Below the pieces are notes generated by a model that saw only the letters and a list, made by a program, of their open reading frames with translations, was not told where the DNA came from and ran no database searches. Shown here in pieces: positions 49,557 to 57,252 of a stretch of DNA of 64,000 nt. Every line of letters starts with the position of its first letter. The stretch's first letter is position 1. Source of the DNA: a virus (taxonomy: Duplodnaviria > Caudoviricetes). Both the position numbers and the translations under genes were made by a program. The stretch covers positions 479 to 64,478 of IMG/VR virus record IMGVR_UViG_3300006874_000001; one strand, written 5' to 3'.

Positions 49557-49979
49557 ATGCCAAAAAGTAAAGTCTCAAAGAGCAAGAAGTTCAGAGAGTT
49601 CTCGCGTCTACCCGAAAGATACGTAAAAAATAACTACCTCAAAAGTCTGAGGAAAGCTCTCATTTCAACACAAGAACAACACCGTGTGTTCGAAAAGGAG
49701 CTTATGTTTATGTTATGGGCGTACGACCTAGAGTTCTGGACTCTAGACTATGCAGCTGAGCAATACGGGTACAGCAAGAAAAAGATCGGGGAGAGGATTG
49801 TATACCCTCTTATGAGTGAAGGGTTGGTGTACAAGCACTTTGACAAGCTTACACCGTCAGATACGTACGAGGACCACCTCTTTAGAGATGAAACCAAATT
49901 TAACTACAGAGTGAGATATGCTCTAACTCAGAAGGCTAGGCTTCTGGTCCAGCGTTTTTACTCGAAGATGACTTCGTAG
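49557..49979 (+). CDS. Putative winged-helix DNA-binding protein
   Basis: ELMFMLWAY...PLMSEGLVYK...RYALTQKARLLV resembles a MarR-like wing; only plus-strand gene in the late region. Confidence 0.6.
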   Translation: MPKSKVSKSKKFREFSRLPERYVKNNYLKSLRKALISTQEQHRVFEKELMFMLWAYDLEFWTLDYAAEQYGYSKKKIGERIVYPLMSEGLVYKHFDKLTPSDTYEDHLFRDETKFNYRVRYALTQKARLLVQRFYSKMTS

Positions 49980-50428
49980 TACGTCTTGCCCTGATCGTCT
50001 CTACAAGCTTTGAGACAGCGACCACGATTATGGCCATCGTGAACGTAAGACACGTGAACCCAACTAGGATTGTCTTCTGTACCAAACTCCCAAACCACTT
50101 GATCAAACTCCAGATTCTCCCTAATGTAGTGGAAGATTTGAGCGTTTGTAACACCTCCGAATACGTCTGCGTCAAGGTCGAGTGCTCTTCCTTCCATATG
50201 TTGACTACGCTTCGCGCCACCGATAGCACGGTTGAGCTCAGGTCCACGATAGCCTGACGACACATATACAGGAACTCCGAAATGGTCGCGCAAAGGTTGA
50301 AAAATGTGTTCTGCAACTTTCTTAAGATTTTCAGTGGCCCACTCATCTGGTGTATTGTCGATGCCGAGTCTGTCGGCTGTCTTGCTTCTGATGCACTCTT
50401 GCAGCGTCAGGTTCTTTGATAGTTTCAT
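49958..50428 (-). CDS. Peptidase M15 family endolysin
   Basis: SSGYR...LN..IGG...SQH..GRALD...WVHVS. Confidence 0.88.
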   Translation of the reverse strand: MKLSKNLTLQECIRSKTADRLGIDNTPDEWATENLKKVAEHIFQPLRDHFGVPVYVSSGYRGPELNRAIGGAKRSQHMEGRALDLDADVFGGVTNAQIFHYIRENLEFDQVVWEFGTEDNPSWVHVSYVHDGHNRGRCLKACRDDQGKTYYEVIFE

Positions 50429-50727
50429 TTACCTTTCTTCTTGACTTTTTCGTATCTATCAAGTTGTCTTTCAGTTCTATTGGCTAGGCGCCTGTCTCTT
50501 GACTCAATGCGTGATGCCTTTGCCCGCATTCTGCTAAGCTTGCGATTTGGCTTTTTCAGGTCCTTCTCTGTTGTCTCATCAGTAATGGTCGAGGCGACTT
50601 CATCTCTGTACTCGTTGTGTGCTTTGATTACGCCTTGATATTTTTTCTCGTTACCTCTGTGCTTCTCGAACTTACGCTTGATTCTGTCATGAATGCGCTC
50701 AGAACGAGGTTTCTTCTTTGCTCTCAT
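50425..50727 (-). CDS. Highly basic hypothetical protein
   Basis: K/R-rich 100-aa ORF within the operon. Confidence 0.6.
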   Translation of the reverse strand: MRAKKKPRSERIHDRIKRKFEKHRGNEKKYQGVIKAHNEYRDEVASTITDETTEKDLKKPNRKLSRMRAKASRIESRDRRLANRTERQLDRYEKVKKKGK

Positions 50728-50729
50728 GA

Positions 50730-51185
50730 TTAGGAAATTGCTGCGAAAACTTCAACGTCACAAGCGCCACCATTGCCTGTGGCTGCGATCTTGTCAATCT
50801 CTGTCATATCTGTCGATGCCCCTACGCTAGAGTCGCCAGTAGCGTTAGCGTCGATCTTAGAGTTGTTAAGGATGTAGCTCTCTCCAGGGCCGAGAAGAAC
50901 CCCATACTCTTCAGACGAGGTGTCGATTACCTCCACAACAATGCTATTTGATGTGTCGAGATTGGTGATTCTCAAGTATTGAAGGCTGGTGTTCAGTGGC
51001 TTCTGACCTTCTGTAGACCCAGCTGTGGTAGACAACTCAAGAAGTGTATGCGACACGTTCTGGGTTACATTCATGATTCTGTGGTACACCTCTGTGATAG
51101 ATGTGACGTTCTGAACCACCTCTGATCCGCGTGACTTACCGTTCAACGTGATGTCTTCCGATACAGTTACTGTTAGCGTAGCCAT
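50730..51185 (-). CDS. Small beta-rich virion protein
   Basis: MATLTVTVSEDITLNG...YLRITNLD...L.PGESYIL...DVEVF. Confidence 0.7.
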   Translation of the reverse strand: MATLTVTVSEDITLNGKSRGSEVVQNVTSITEVYHRIMNVTQNVSHTLLELSTTAGSTEGQKPLNTSLQYLRITNLDTSNSIVVEVIDTSSEEYGVLLGPGESYILNNSKIDANATGDSSVGASTDMTEIDKIAATGNGGACDVEVFAAIS

Positions 51186-52210
51186 TACTTCTTATTCTTT
51201 GATTTATACTTATTAAGCCATGAAGAATCTGAATGACGTACGGCGACACTCTTTTTAGGTCTTAATGTGTTTGAATGGTGTACAGCGACGCTCTTTTTTT
51301 CTGGGGCTGAGAAGTCAGTAATGCTGTGCTTAGACTTCTTTACCTTAAGGTTTCGCATTATATGTGGCATCTTACCTCCATACTTCATGTTGATACCTCT
51401 CTGTACAGGAGGTGAGAACTCACCGTAAGGGGTTCCCTGGAAAGAAGTTGTCTTCCCTGAAGGTAGTGTCTGCTGCTGAGGACCCATTCTCTCCATCTGC
51501 TTGAGCAAGTGGCCCACAGGAGCGACATTTTGAGGTCTGTTTTGTGGGCTACGCTGCTCATCTCTCATGCTCATCTCTTGGTCGTATGCGGCAGCGTCGA
51601 GCTGGTATTCACCAGTCTCGGGGTCCTGCACAATAGGGAGGTCCAGATCTTCAGGGACAGACATGAACTGCCCCATTCCCTGTTCGTCTCTCATGGTAAC
51701 TCCCTCTACCTCTCCCCATCCGTAGTTGTCTGAGTACACCTGCACTACCTGTCCGTCAGGGAGGCGCATGTTGAGGTACTCACGACCCTGAGGGTCTTTC
51801 ATTACTTCACCAGCATCGGCGGCTACAGTTGCTCTAACGGGACCGCCTTGGTCTCCAGGACCTTCCTGGCCACCTGCTTCTGGGACTACTCCCCCGTCCT
51901 CAAAGCCTTTTTTAGGTGGGGCGAGGACAAGCTTATCACCCATCTGCATGACCTGAAAGTCATCGTCTGGCAGAGCTGGGCCGCCCATACCCATGACGCG
52001 GTCTTGGTAGTTGTCTGGGATGTACACCTTCATGGTGGACCCATCACCGAAGTCGTAGTTAGCGTACTGACCATCTCCGTCTTCCATGACGTCACTAAAA
52101 TACTGTCCAGCGTACGTTCTGTCTTGGCTGTACTGCTTAGGTGTTCCGCCTTGGCGTTGTGCGGAAGGCATCATGCCCATTATGCCTCTCGGCTTGTTAA
52201 AATTCATCAT
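51185..52210 (-). CDS. Putative internal head protein with a duplicated domain
   Basis: Two similar acidic beta domains, FEDGG and MKYGG motifs, basic tail. Confidence 0.6.
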   Translation of the reverse strand: MMNFNKPRGIMGMMPSAQRQGGTPKQYSQDRTYAGQYFSDVMEDGDGQYANYDFGDGSTMKVYIPDNYQDRVMGMGGPALPDDDFQVMQMGDKLVLAPPKKGFEDGGVVPEAGGQEGPGDQGGPVRATVAADAGEVMKDPQGREYLNMRLPDGQVVQVYSDNYGWGEVEGVTMRDEQGMGQFMSVPEDLDLPIVQDPETGEYQLDAAAYDQEMSMRDEQRSPQNRPQNVAPVGHLLKQMERMGPQQQTLPSGKTTSFQGTPYGEFSPPVQRGINMKYGGKMPHIMRNLKVKKSKHSITDFSAPEKKSVAVHHSNTLRPKKSVAVRHSDSSWLNKYKSKNKK

Positions 52211-52287
52211 CGGTCAATCATGTTTTTGACTCCTTTTGGAGCATTAAAGTTCATTACGCCTCCATATCTGAACTCACGTTGTCGCAT
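52207..52287 (-). CDS. 26-aa micro-ORF
   Basis: MRQREFRYGGVMNFNAPKGVKNMIDR; fills the gap and has an ATGA overlap. Confidence 0.45.
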   Translation of the reverse strand: MRQREFRYGGVMNFNAPKGVKNMIDR

Positions 52288-52298
52288 AGTGTTTTTGG

Positions 52299-53762
52299 TT
52301 ACTTCTTAAGTCTTCCGCCTCTTTTAAATCTGGCTTTGGTGGTCGGCTTAGGCTTAGGCTTAGGCTTAGGCATAAACTTCTGCAAGTAGTCGTACTTTGC
52401 TTGGGCGTTGGCGATGGCGTCTTCCCGTTCTTTCGTGGTGGCAAACCGACTAGACTTGGCTGCATTAATCGATGCACCAAGATCCCTAGCTAGTATCTGC
52501 TTGTTTTGGTAAGAAAGGTCTTTGTACGCAACGCCTCCATCTGTTACGTACCCTTCACTGGGGCGTCCATTTTTTACGGACCCTCCACCAGTAAACTTGC
52601 GGGAAACTCTCTTCTTTCTAGCACCAGTAGCTGCCTCTTCAACACCTTCCCTGGCCATTTTCTTTCCAACACCCTCTCCTGCCATCGTTGCACCACCCAT
52701 TGCTCCAGCGATAGCTGCCTTAGCAATCTTCTTGGAATTAACACCGCTCTTCTTTTTCTTGAAGCTCGATACGGTCTTCTTGTTCTTCGGTCCTGGGGCC
52801 TTACCACCGTACTTGAAGTTGTCGCTGCGCTGACCTGGCTTATCAGGCTCACCGAAGTCACCCTTCTTAGGCTTCATGGTGACTTTCATCTCCACGTTAT
52901 CCCAAGTCACGTCATGGGTCTTGTCGATACCCTGCTTCTTCAGGTAGGCGTTGATCTCTTTGTCAGAGGCCCCGCCTTCTAGCATGGACTTGATCTTCTT
53001 CTTTGGATCTGTTGGATTCATTTTTCCTCCTTTTTCATAAGAACTCATAGCTGTCATAGCTGCTCTGTGGTGTTTGTTTCTTGCTGCTCTTTTTTCGTAG
53101 CGATCTCTAAAGCCCTCTGCGACATCAAGGCCCTTGTTTGCAAGACCCTTGGCCTTGTCGAGAAGCTCTTGTCTTCTCTCCTTACGCTCTTCTTTTGTTT
53201 TGCGTGTCTTACTCGGTCTCTCTTTTGCCGCTTCTTCAGACTTTTCCTGTACCTCTTGGGCTGTCTTCTTCTTTGGTGCTGGACCCATATCGAGCGATCC
53301 GATCAGTTGATCTTCAGCAAACACAGACCCCATGCCGCCGCCACCCTTTGGTGACAACCCAAAACCAAGGCCTTTCTTCTCTGCTACAGAGTTGTCAGCT
53401 GTTTTTGGTTTAGCCTTGTCTGCAGTCTTCTTTCTTGGGGTGGTAGAGCCAGATCCTCTGCCCTGCTCGGCTCTTGCGTCAAGAGTAGGGTCTACAGGAC
53501 CGCCTCCTCTCTTGTACACTCTCTTCTTTCTCTTCTTAACCTTCATCTTGGCCCCGTTCTTAGCAAATACCTTAGGCATAGCCTTTGACGCTGCTGACTG
53601 AGCGATCTTTGAACCCAAGGTGCTCGGGACAGCCCCATCTGTCAACCCTGAAATTGCTTGCCCAGCCTTGCTGATAGCCACATCTTTGAGCTTGCTCACT
53701 GCAGCTTTCTTGAGCATTGGTACGGCTGCTTTGGCAGCCAGGGCGAGTAGGGGTAGAGGCAT
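52299..53762 (-). CDS. Lys-rich putative internal head protein with repeated (Y/F)xxGG motifs
   Basis: Low complexity, repeated GG motifs, PKPKPK tail. Confidence 0.7.
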   Translation of the reverse strand: MPLPLLALAAKAAVPMLKKAAVSKLKDVAISKAGQAISGLTDGAVPSTLGSKIAQSAASKAMPKVFAKNGAKMKVKKRKKRVYKRGGGPVDPTLDARAEQGRGSGSTTPRKKTADKAKPKTADNSVAEKKGLGFGLSPKGGGGMGSVFAEDQLIGSLDMGPAPKKKTAQEVQEKSEEAAKERPSKTRKTKEERKERRQELLDKAKGLANKGLDVAEGFRDRYEKRAARNKHHRAAMTAMSSYEKGGKMNPTDPKKKIKSMLEGGASDKEINAYLKKQGIDKTHDVTWDNVEMKVTMKPKKGDFGEPDKPGQRSDNFKYGGKAPGPKNKKTVSSFKKKKSGVNSKKIAKAAIAGAMGGATMAGEGVGKKMAREGVEEAATGARKKRVSRKFTGGGSVKNGRPSEGYVTDGGVAYKDLSYQNKQILARDLGASINAAKSSRFATTKEREDAIANAQAKYDYLQKFMPKPKPKPKPTTKARFKRGGRLKK

Positions 53763-53779
53763 GTTTTACTGTTTGAAGG

Positions 53780-53787
53780 CAAATATA
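53780..53787 (-). promoter_or_regulatory. Late promoter -7 element TATATTTG
   Basis: Shares TGCTTATATTTGC with the element at 54239. Confidence 0.65.
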
Positions 53788-53799
53788 AGCACTTTCATT

Positions 53800-54234
53800 T
53801 TAGCGCTTAGGGGCCATAAGCCTAATTGCACCTCCACCAGCATACAAACCAGCTGTCTTAGCCGCACCCTTGATAACACCTCTCTTTACAAACCCTACAC
53901 CTCTCTGATCTAAGATCCCATCAAGCAAGGACTCGGTGTCTACGTTGTATTTCTCTTGAAGGTTCTGGACGACACCCCTGATCTCACCAAGATTACCCAT
54001 GACATTAGAGATACCGCCTGCAACATCACCTCTATCTTCAGGCGCAAGCCTCTTAACCAACCCCAAAAGGTCATTCATCTCCTGATCACTCATCCCACGA
54101 AGACTAGCGAAGTCTAGAGGTAGGTTTTCAAGCCCTTTGAGGGGCTTTCCTGTCAGGTCACGAGCCCTCTGAATGAACTCTTGCTTAGGGTCAGTATCTT
54201 TAGGGTCGCCTGGACCCCCTTTAAGTACTCTCAT
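53800..54234 (-). CDS. Hypothetical late protein
   Basis: 144-aa ORF with a YAGGG motif; ATG is 4 nt after TATATTTG. Confidence 0.65.
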   Translation of the reverse strand: MRVLKGGPGDPKDTDPKQEFIQRARDLTGKPLKGLENLPLDFASLRGMSDQEMNDLLGLVKRLAPEDRGDVAGGISNVMGNLGEIRGVVQNLQEKYNVDTESLLDGILDQRGVGFVKRGVIKGAAKTAGLYAGGGAIRLMAPKR

Positions 54235-54238
54235 GATG

Positions 54239-54246
54239 CAAATATA
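54239..54246 (-). promoter_or_regulatory. Late promoter -7 element TATATTTG
   Basis: 4 nt before the ATG at 54234. Confidence 0.65.
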
Positions 54247-54252
54247 AGCATC

Positions 54253-54372
54253 TCACCCTTTCTTTTTCTTCCACATGCTCAGAGCAATGGCAATGGACTG
54301 CTTATGAGGTTTCCCCTCACCCTTAAGGATCTTGATTTTCCTTGAAACAAACCGATTCTTAGTAGTAGACAT
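54253..54372 (-). CDS. 39-aa basic protein (not in ORF track)
   Basis: MSTTKNRFVSRKIKILKGEGKPHKQSIAIALSMWKKKKG; the Q.IAIALS motif recurs in small phage proteins. Confidence 0.6.
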   Translation of the reverse strand: MSTTKNRFVSRKIKILKGEGKPHKQSIAIALSMWKKKKG

Positions 54373-54963
54373 AGCTATCCTCGCGTATAAACGTCTTATT
54401 TGCCGTTTTTCCTTCCAAAAACAACATCAGACTCAGCATTGCTTTCACGCCTTGCTTCATATAGCGAAGGTATAAACTTTTTTCTTAAAAGTCAACCCTA
54501 AAGTCAACGTTTAATCAACAGTGTCTAATGCATTGCTAGTCAATAGGTTAGGTTTTGAAGGGTGAAAACCCGAGAAAAATAGTGGGGTTAAAAATTTTGA
54601 TCAGTAATACGCAGATTGGGGATTAACTATACTATACGACGTCACGCATGCATTCCCGAAACGCAATACGACACGCGTTTGCACGTGAAAATCGACATTT
54701 TGCCTGTAACTTTCAGCTTTTTTAAGTTGCTGAGTCTCATTGCGTTATGGCTGGTAGGGTGAAGCACTGCGTTAGGTTACACATCGCAACCCGCTGAAGC
54801 TCTGTGCGGGACAGTCACACCCCTGCTCACACACCTTGCACACACTCACCACACACGGGGACACACATCCCCACGTCGTCCTCGCGTGTATACGTGCACA
54901 CGCTAATTCTTCGCGCCTGTTTTACCGAAGGTAAAATCACGCATGGAATTAGTCCCTTGAAAA

Positions 54964-54996
54964 TTTGGAAACAAGCTACCCATCGCCATATCTTTG
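54964..54996 (+). promoter_or_regulatory. Early sigma-A promoter P1
   Basis: TTTG, 21 nt spacer, TATCTTTG. Followed by the hairpin TGGTTCGA-AGG-TCGAGCCA and an A/C-rich leader. Confidence 0.75.
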
Positions 54997-55046
54997 TGGT
55001 CGTTGGTTCGAAGGTCGAGCCACGCAAACATCAAATACCTAATCAC

Positions 55047-55616
55047 ATGGCAAACGTCCATTACACCCCAACCCACTGCCCAGACACAGGGCGCAAGTTC
55101 ACCCGAGCCGAGCGCAAGGCTGCCAACAAGGCCAAGTACACGGCATCCGTCAAGAGCAAGCCCTCACCTGCCAAGGCGAGCAAGGGCAAGAGCGCATCCA
55201 AGCCTGCGAAGGCAGGGCGTCCAACCCTGACGGCCAAGCAGTTCGATGGCATGGTGAAGCGCAACATGAAGCTCACCAAAGCCCAATTGGTTGACATCAT
55301 CATGAGCGGATATGAGGTCGAGTCCAAGCCTGCGTCCAAGCCTGCGTCCAAGCGTAAGCCCAAGCGTATGAGCAAGAACACCAAGTTGGAGGTTCAAGCC
55401 CAACGTGTGAGCCGAGGCATAGCACAGACGTACATCAAGCCCGAAGAGACGAAGGTCAAGAACGGGAAGAAGATGACCTACGACGAGTACGTTGGCGTCC
55501 CTGCTGAAGTGCAAGCCTACCCCGAGTACGCAGAGTTGCGAGCCATCGGGTACAGCGTGGAAGACGCAGTGCGCTACGTCTCTGCACTCATGGACGGAGC
55601 ACCCCAAATCGCCTGA
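55047..55616 (+). CDS. First early gene: Lys/Ala/Pro-rich protein with histone-H1-like composition
   Basis: ATG at 55047; SKPA repeats including a 12-nt tandem repeat at about 55322-55353. Confidence 0.75.
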   Translation: MANVHYTPTHCPDTGRKFTRAERKAANKAKYTASVKSKPSPAKASKGKSASKPAKAGRPTLTAKQFDGMVKRNMKLTKAQLVDIIMSGYEVESKPASKPASKRKPKRMSKNTKLEVQAQRVSRGIAQTYIKPEETKVKNGKKMTYDEYVGVPAEVQAYPEYAELRAIGYSVEDAVRYVSALMDGAPQIA

Positions 55617-55634
55617 GCCATGTTAAGAACAACC

Positions 55635-56049
55635 ATGCACTTCATAGACACGCTCGTGGCCGTAGCAGGCTCCGTGTCTACATACAAGGCGGTCAAGCAC
55701 GACCCCGAGGCAGAGGCGTACATGATGGACGCTCACCTTGACGAGGAACTCGAAATGTACTTGTCATGAAGAACTATTGTCCTTGGGAGCAAGCATACCA
55801 GCTATGCGATGGCGCCTACACGAGAGAGCAAATCGACGAGATGCCACTATGTGAAATCATGGAGATAATCCTAGGCACATGATGACGCTCGTCCTGCTCA
55901 AAGCGCTTGCAAGCGTACCCACAGGGTGCGAGGTACGGAACATCTCGTTCTCGTATCAGACGTGCTACTATGTGGCGTTCGAGCGTGACGGACGCTTGGA
56001 GGCGGTTGATGGGTGCGTTGTCCTCGAAGAGGATGACGAGGAACCCTGA
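55635..56049 (+). other. Three translationally coupled early micro-ORFs (55635-55769, 55766-55882, 55879-56049)
   Basis: ATGA overlaps chain three acidic ORFs of under 60 aa. Confidence 0.55.
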
Positions 56050-56121
56050 AATGTTAAAAGTGTTAATTTTCTTGGAATCTAGAACCTGACCTCGTATCTT
56101 TGGGGTCGAATCAAACATCAA
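56047..56121 (+). promoter_or_regulatory. Early promoter cassette P2
   Basis: TGAAATGTTAAAAGTGTTAA; TTG, 20 nt, TATCTTTG; GTCGAATCAAACATCAA. Confidence 0.75.
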
Positions 56122-56125
56122 ACAC

Positions 56126-56317
56126 ATGACCTATACACAGACCTGCGAGTTCATCGCACAGCGAATCATGGAAGGACGCGACTACGCCTTCATCAACGAC
56201 AGCTTCATCAATCTCCCTACACCACAGCGGTCAGGGACATACACACAACAGCACACATACGCCCTGCTCAAGGCTCGTGAGATTGTGGATAACCTACGGG
56301 GTGTTCAGGCACACTGA
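56126..56317 (+). CDS. Early hypothetical protein
   Basis: 63 aa after P2; its TGA stop lies inside the hammerhead core. Confidence 0.65.
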   Translation: MTYTQTCEFIAQRIMEGRDYAFINDSFINLPTPQRSGTYTQQHTYALLKAREIVDNLRGVQAH

Positions 56318-56357
56318 TGAGTCCTGATTGGACGAAACGCCGTGAGGCGTATGTGTC
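56308..56357 (+). ncRNA. Type I hammerhead ribozyme
   Basis: GGCACA-CTGATGA-GTCC-TGATT-GGAC-GAAA-CGCC-GTGA-GGCG-TA-TGTGTC. The core and three stems are complete; predicted GUA cleavage after 56351. Confidence 0.92.
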
Positions 56358-56391
56358 AAAGCAAACGTGGCTTTGAGGGGCGTAGCCCGCA

Positions 56392-56458
56392 AGGTGTGAT
56401 GGTGTAACAGGATAGCACGCCACTATGTGGAGGTGCGGGTTCGAATCCCGCCACATCT
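56392..56458 (+). ncRNA. tRNA-like RNA with truncated anticodon arm
   Basis: Acceptor AGGTGTG/CACATCT, D-arm GTGT..GG..GCAC, perfect T-arm GCGGG-TTCGAAT-CCCGC. The anticodon arm is only CCAC-TAT-GTGG and there is no CCA. Confidence 0.7.
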
Positions 56459-56488
56459 AAAATTTGTCAAACATCAAAAACATTAACC

Positions 56489-56662
56489 ATGATAAACATT
56501 TGGGAGTACTACACATACTTCGGACGTGACCGCGACGACTGGGCGGGGCCTCACACCGTGAAGGCATCCACTCGTGATGAAGCCATCCGCAAGGCACAAC
56601 ATGACTGCTTTGGCTCATGCGAAACAGTTTGGAAAAAGACATTCAAAATCGTAAAATCATGA
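56489..56662 (+). CDS. Early hypothetical protein, 57 aa (not in ORF track)
   Basis: MINIWEYYTYF...VKASTRDEAIRKA; A-rich leader and ATGA coupling to the next gene. Confidence 0.6.
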   Translation: MINIWEYYTYFGRDRDDWAGPHTVKASTRDEAIRKAQHDCFGSCETVWKKTFKIVKS

Positions 56663-56856
56663 CACAAGAACAATGCGAACGTGCAGTCAAGTCACTGCAA
56701 AACCACGGCTTCAAGGCCTCTCACGTAATTGGTGCGCCTGACGACCACGGGGTGTGGTTGGATGCCGTATGGACTGACGAACTCGGTGATGCGTGTAGCT
56801 TCCGCATCCACGACGAAGAAATCGAATGGTGGCAAACCCAAGACAAACCAGCATGA
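56659..56856 (+). CDS. Early hypothetical protein
   Basis: ATG at 56659, coupled on both sides. Confidence 0.6.
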   Translation: MTQEQCERAVKSLQNHGFKASHVIGAPDDHGVWLDAVWTDELGDACSFRIHDEEIEWWQTQDKPA

Positions 56857-57035
56857 CAGACCACACAAAATGCCACAAGTGCGGAGGCGAGGGCATCTTC
56901 CTCGGCTCACAAGAAACAGGGTACAGCGCAGGCGGTTGGGTACAGCAGTGCCACGACTTCCAATGCGAGGACTGCCAAGCTACATGGGACGTGACCATGG
57001 AAATCACACCGACAAACCGATACAACCATGACTGA
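56853..57035 (+). CDS. Early zinc-ribbon protein
   Basis: CHKCG...CEDCQATW. Confidence 0.65.
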   Translation: MTDHTKCHKCGGEGIFLGSQETGYSAGGWVQQCHDFQCEDCQATWDVTMEITPTNRYNHD

Positions 57036-57171
57036 CATCGTAAACGTAATCATCAAGCTTGCCCGCATGCAAGGGCAGGCAATCGATCGAGTGGAGGCAG
57101 AGATGCTGAACAAAGCGGTCGAGGAAGCACACGACAAGTGGCAATCCGAAAAGCAACAGGATAGTGACTGA
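57028..57171 (+). CDS. Early hypothetical protein, 47 aa
   Basis: Overlaps the upstream stop and ends at cassette P3. Confidence 0.5.
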   Translation: MTDIVNVIIKLARMQGQAIDRVEAEMLNKAVEEAHDKWQSEKQQDSD

Positions 57172-57243
57172 AATGTTAAAAGTGTTAAAAAACTTGCAAA
57201 CTTGGAATTGCTGACGTAATTTAGCAGTCGAATCAAACATCAA
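57169..57243 (+). promoter_or_regulatory. Early promoter cassette P3, a copy of P2
   Basis: Identical 20-mer; TTG, 20 nt, TAATTTAG; identical GTCGAATCAAACATCAA. Confidence 0.7.
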
Positions 57244-57252
57244 TTTAATCTC

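Noticed and set aside
54804-55046. N-terminal extension of track ORF 54804-55616
   Set aside because: It spans the CA-rich tract and promoter P1; the ATG at 55047 with an A-rich leader is the better start.
56047-57243. CRISPR mini-array from the repeated 20-mer and 17-mer
   Set aside because: Only two copies, 1.1 kb apart, each in a promoter position, with no repeat-spacer periodicity.
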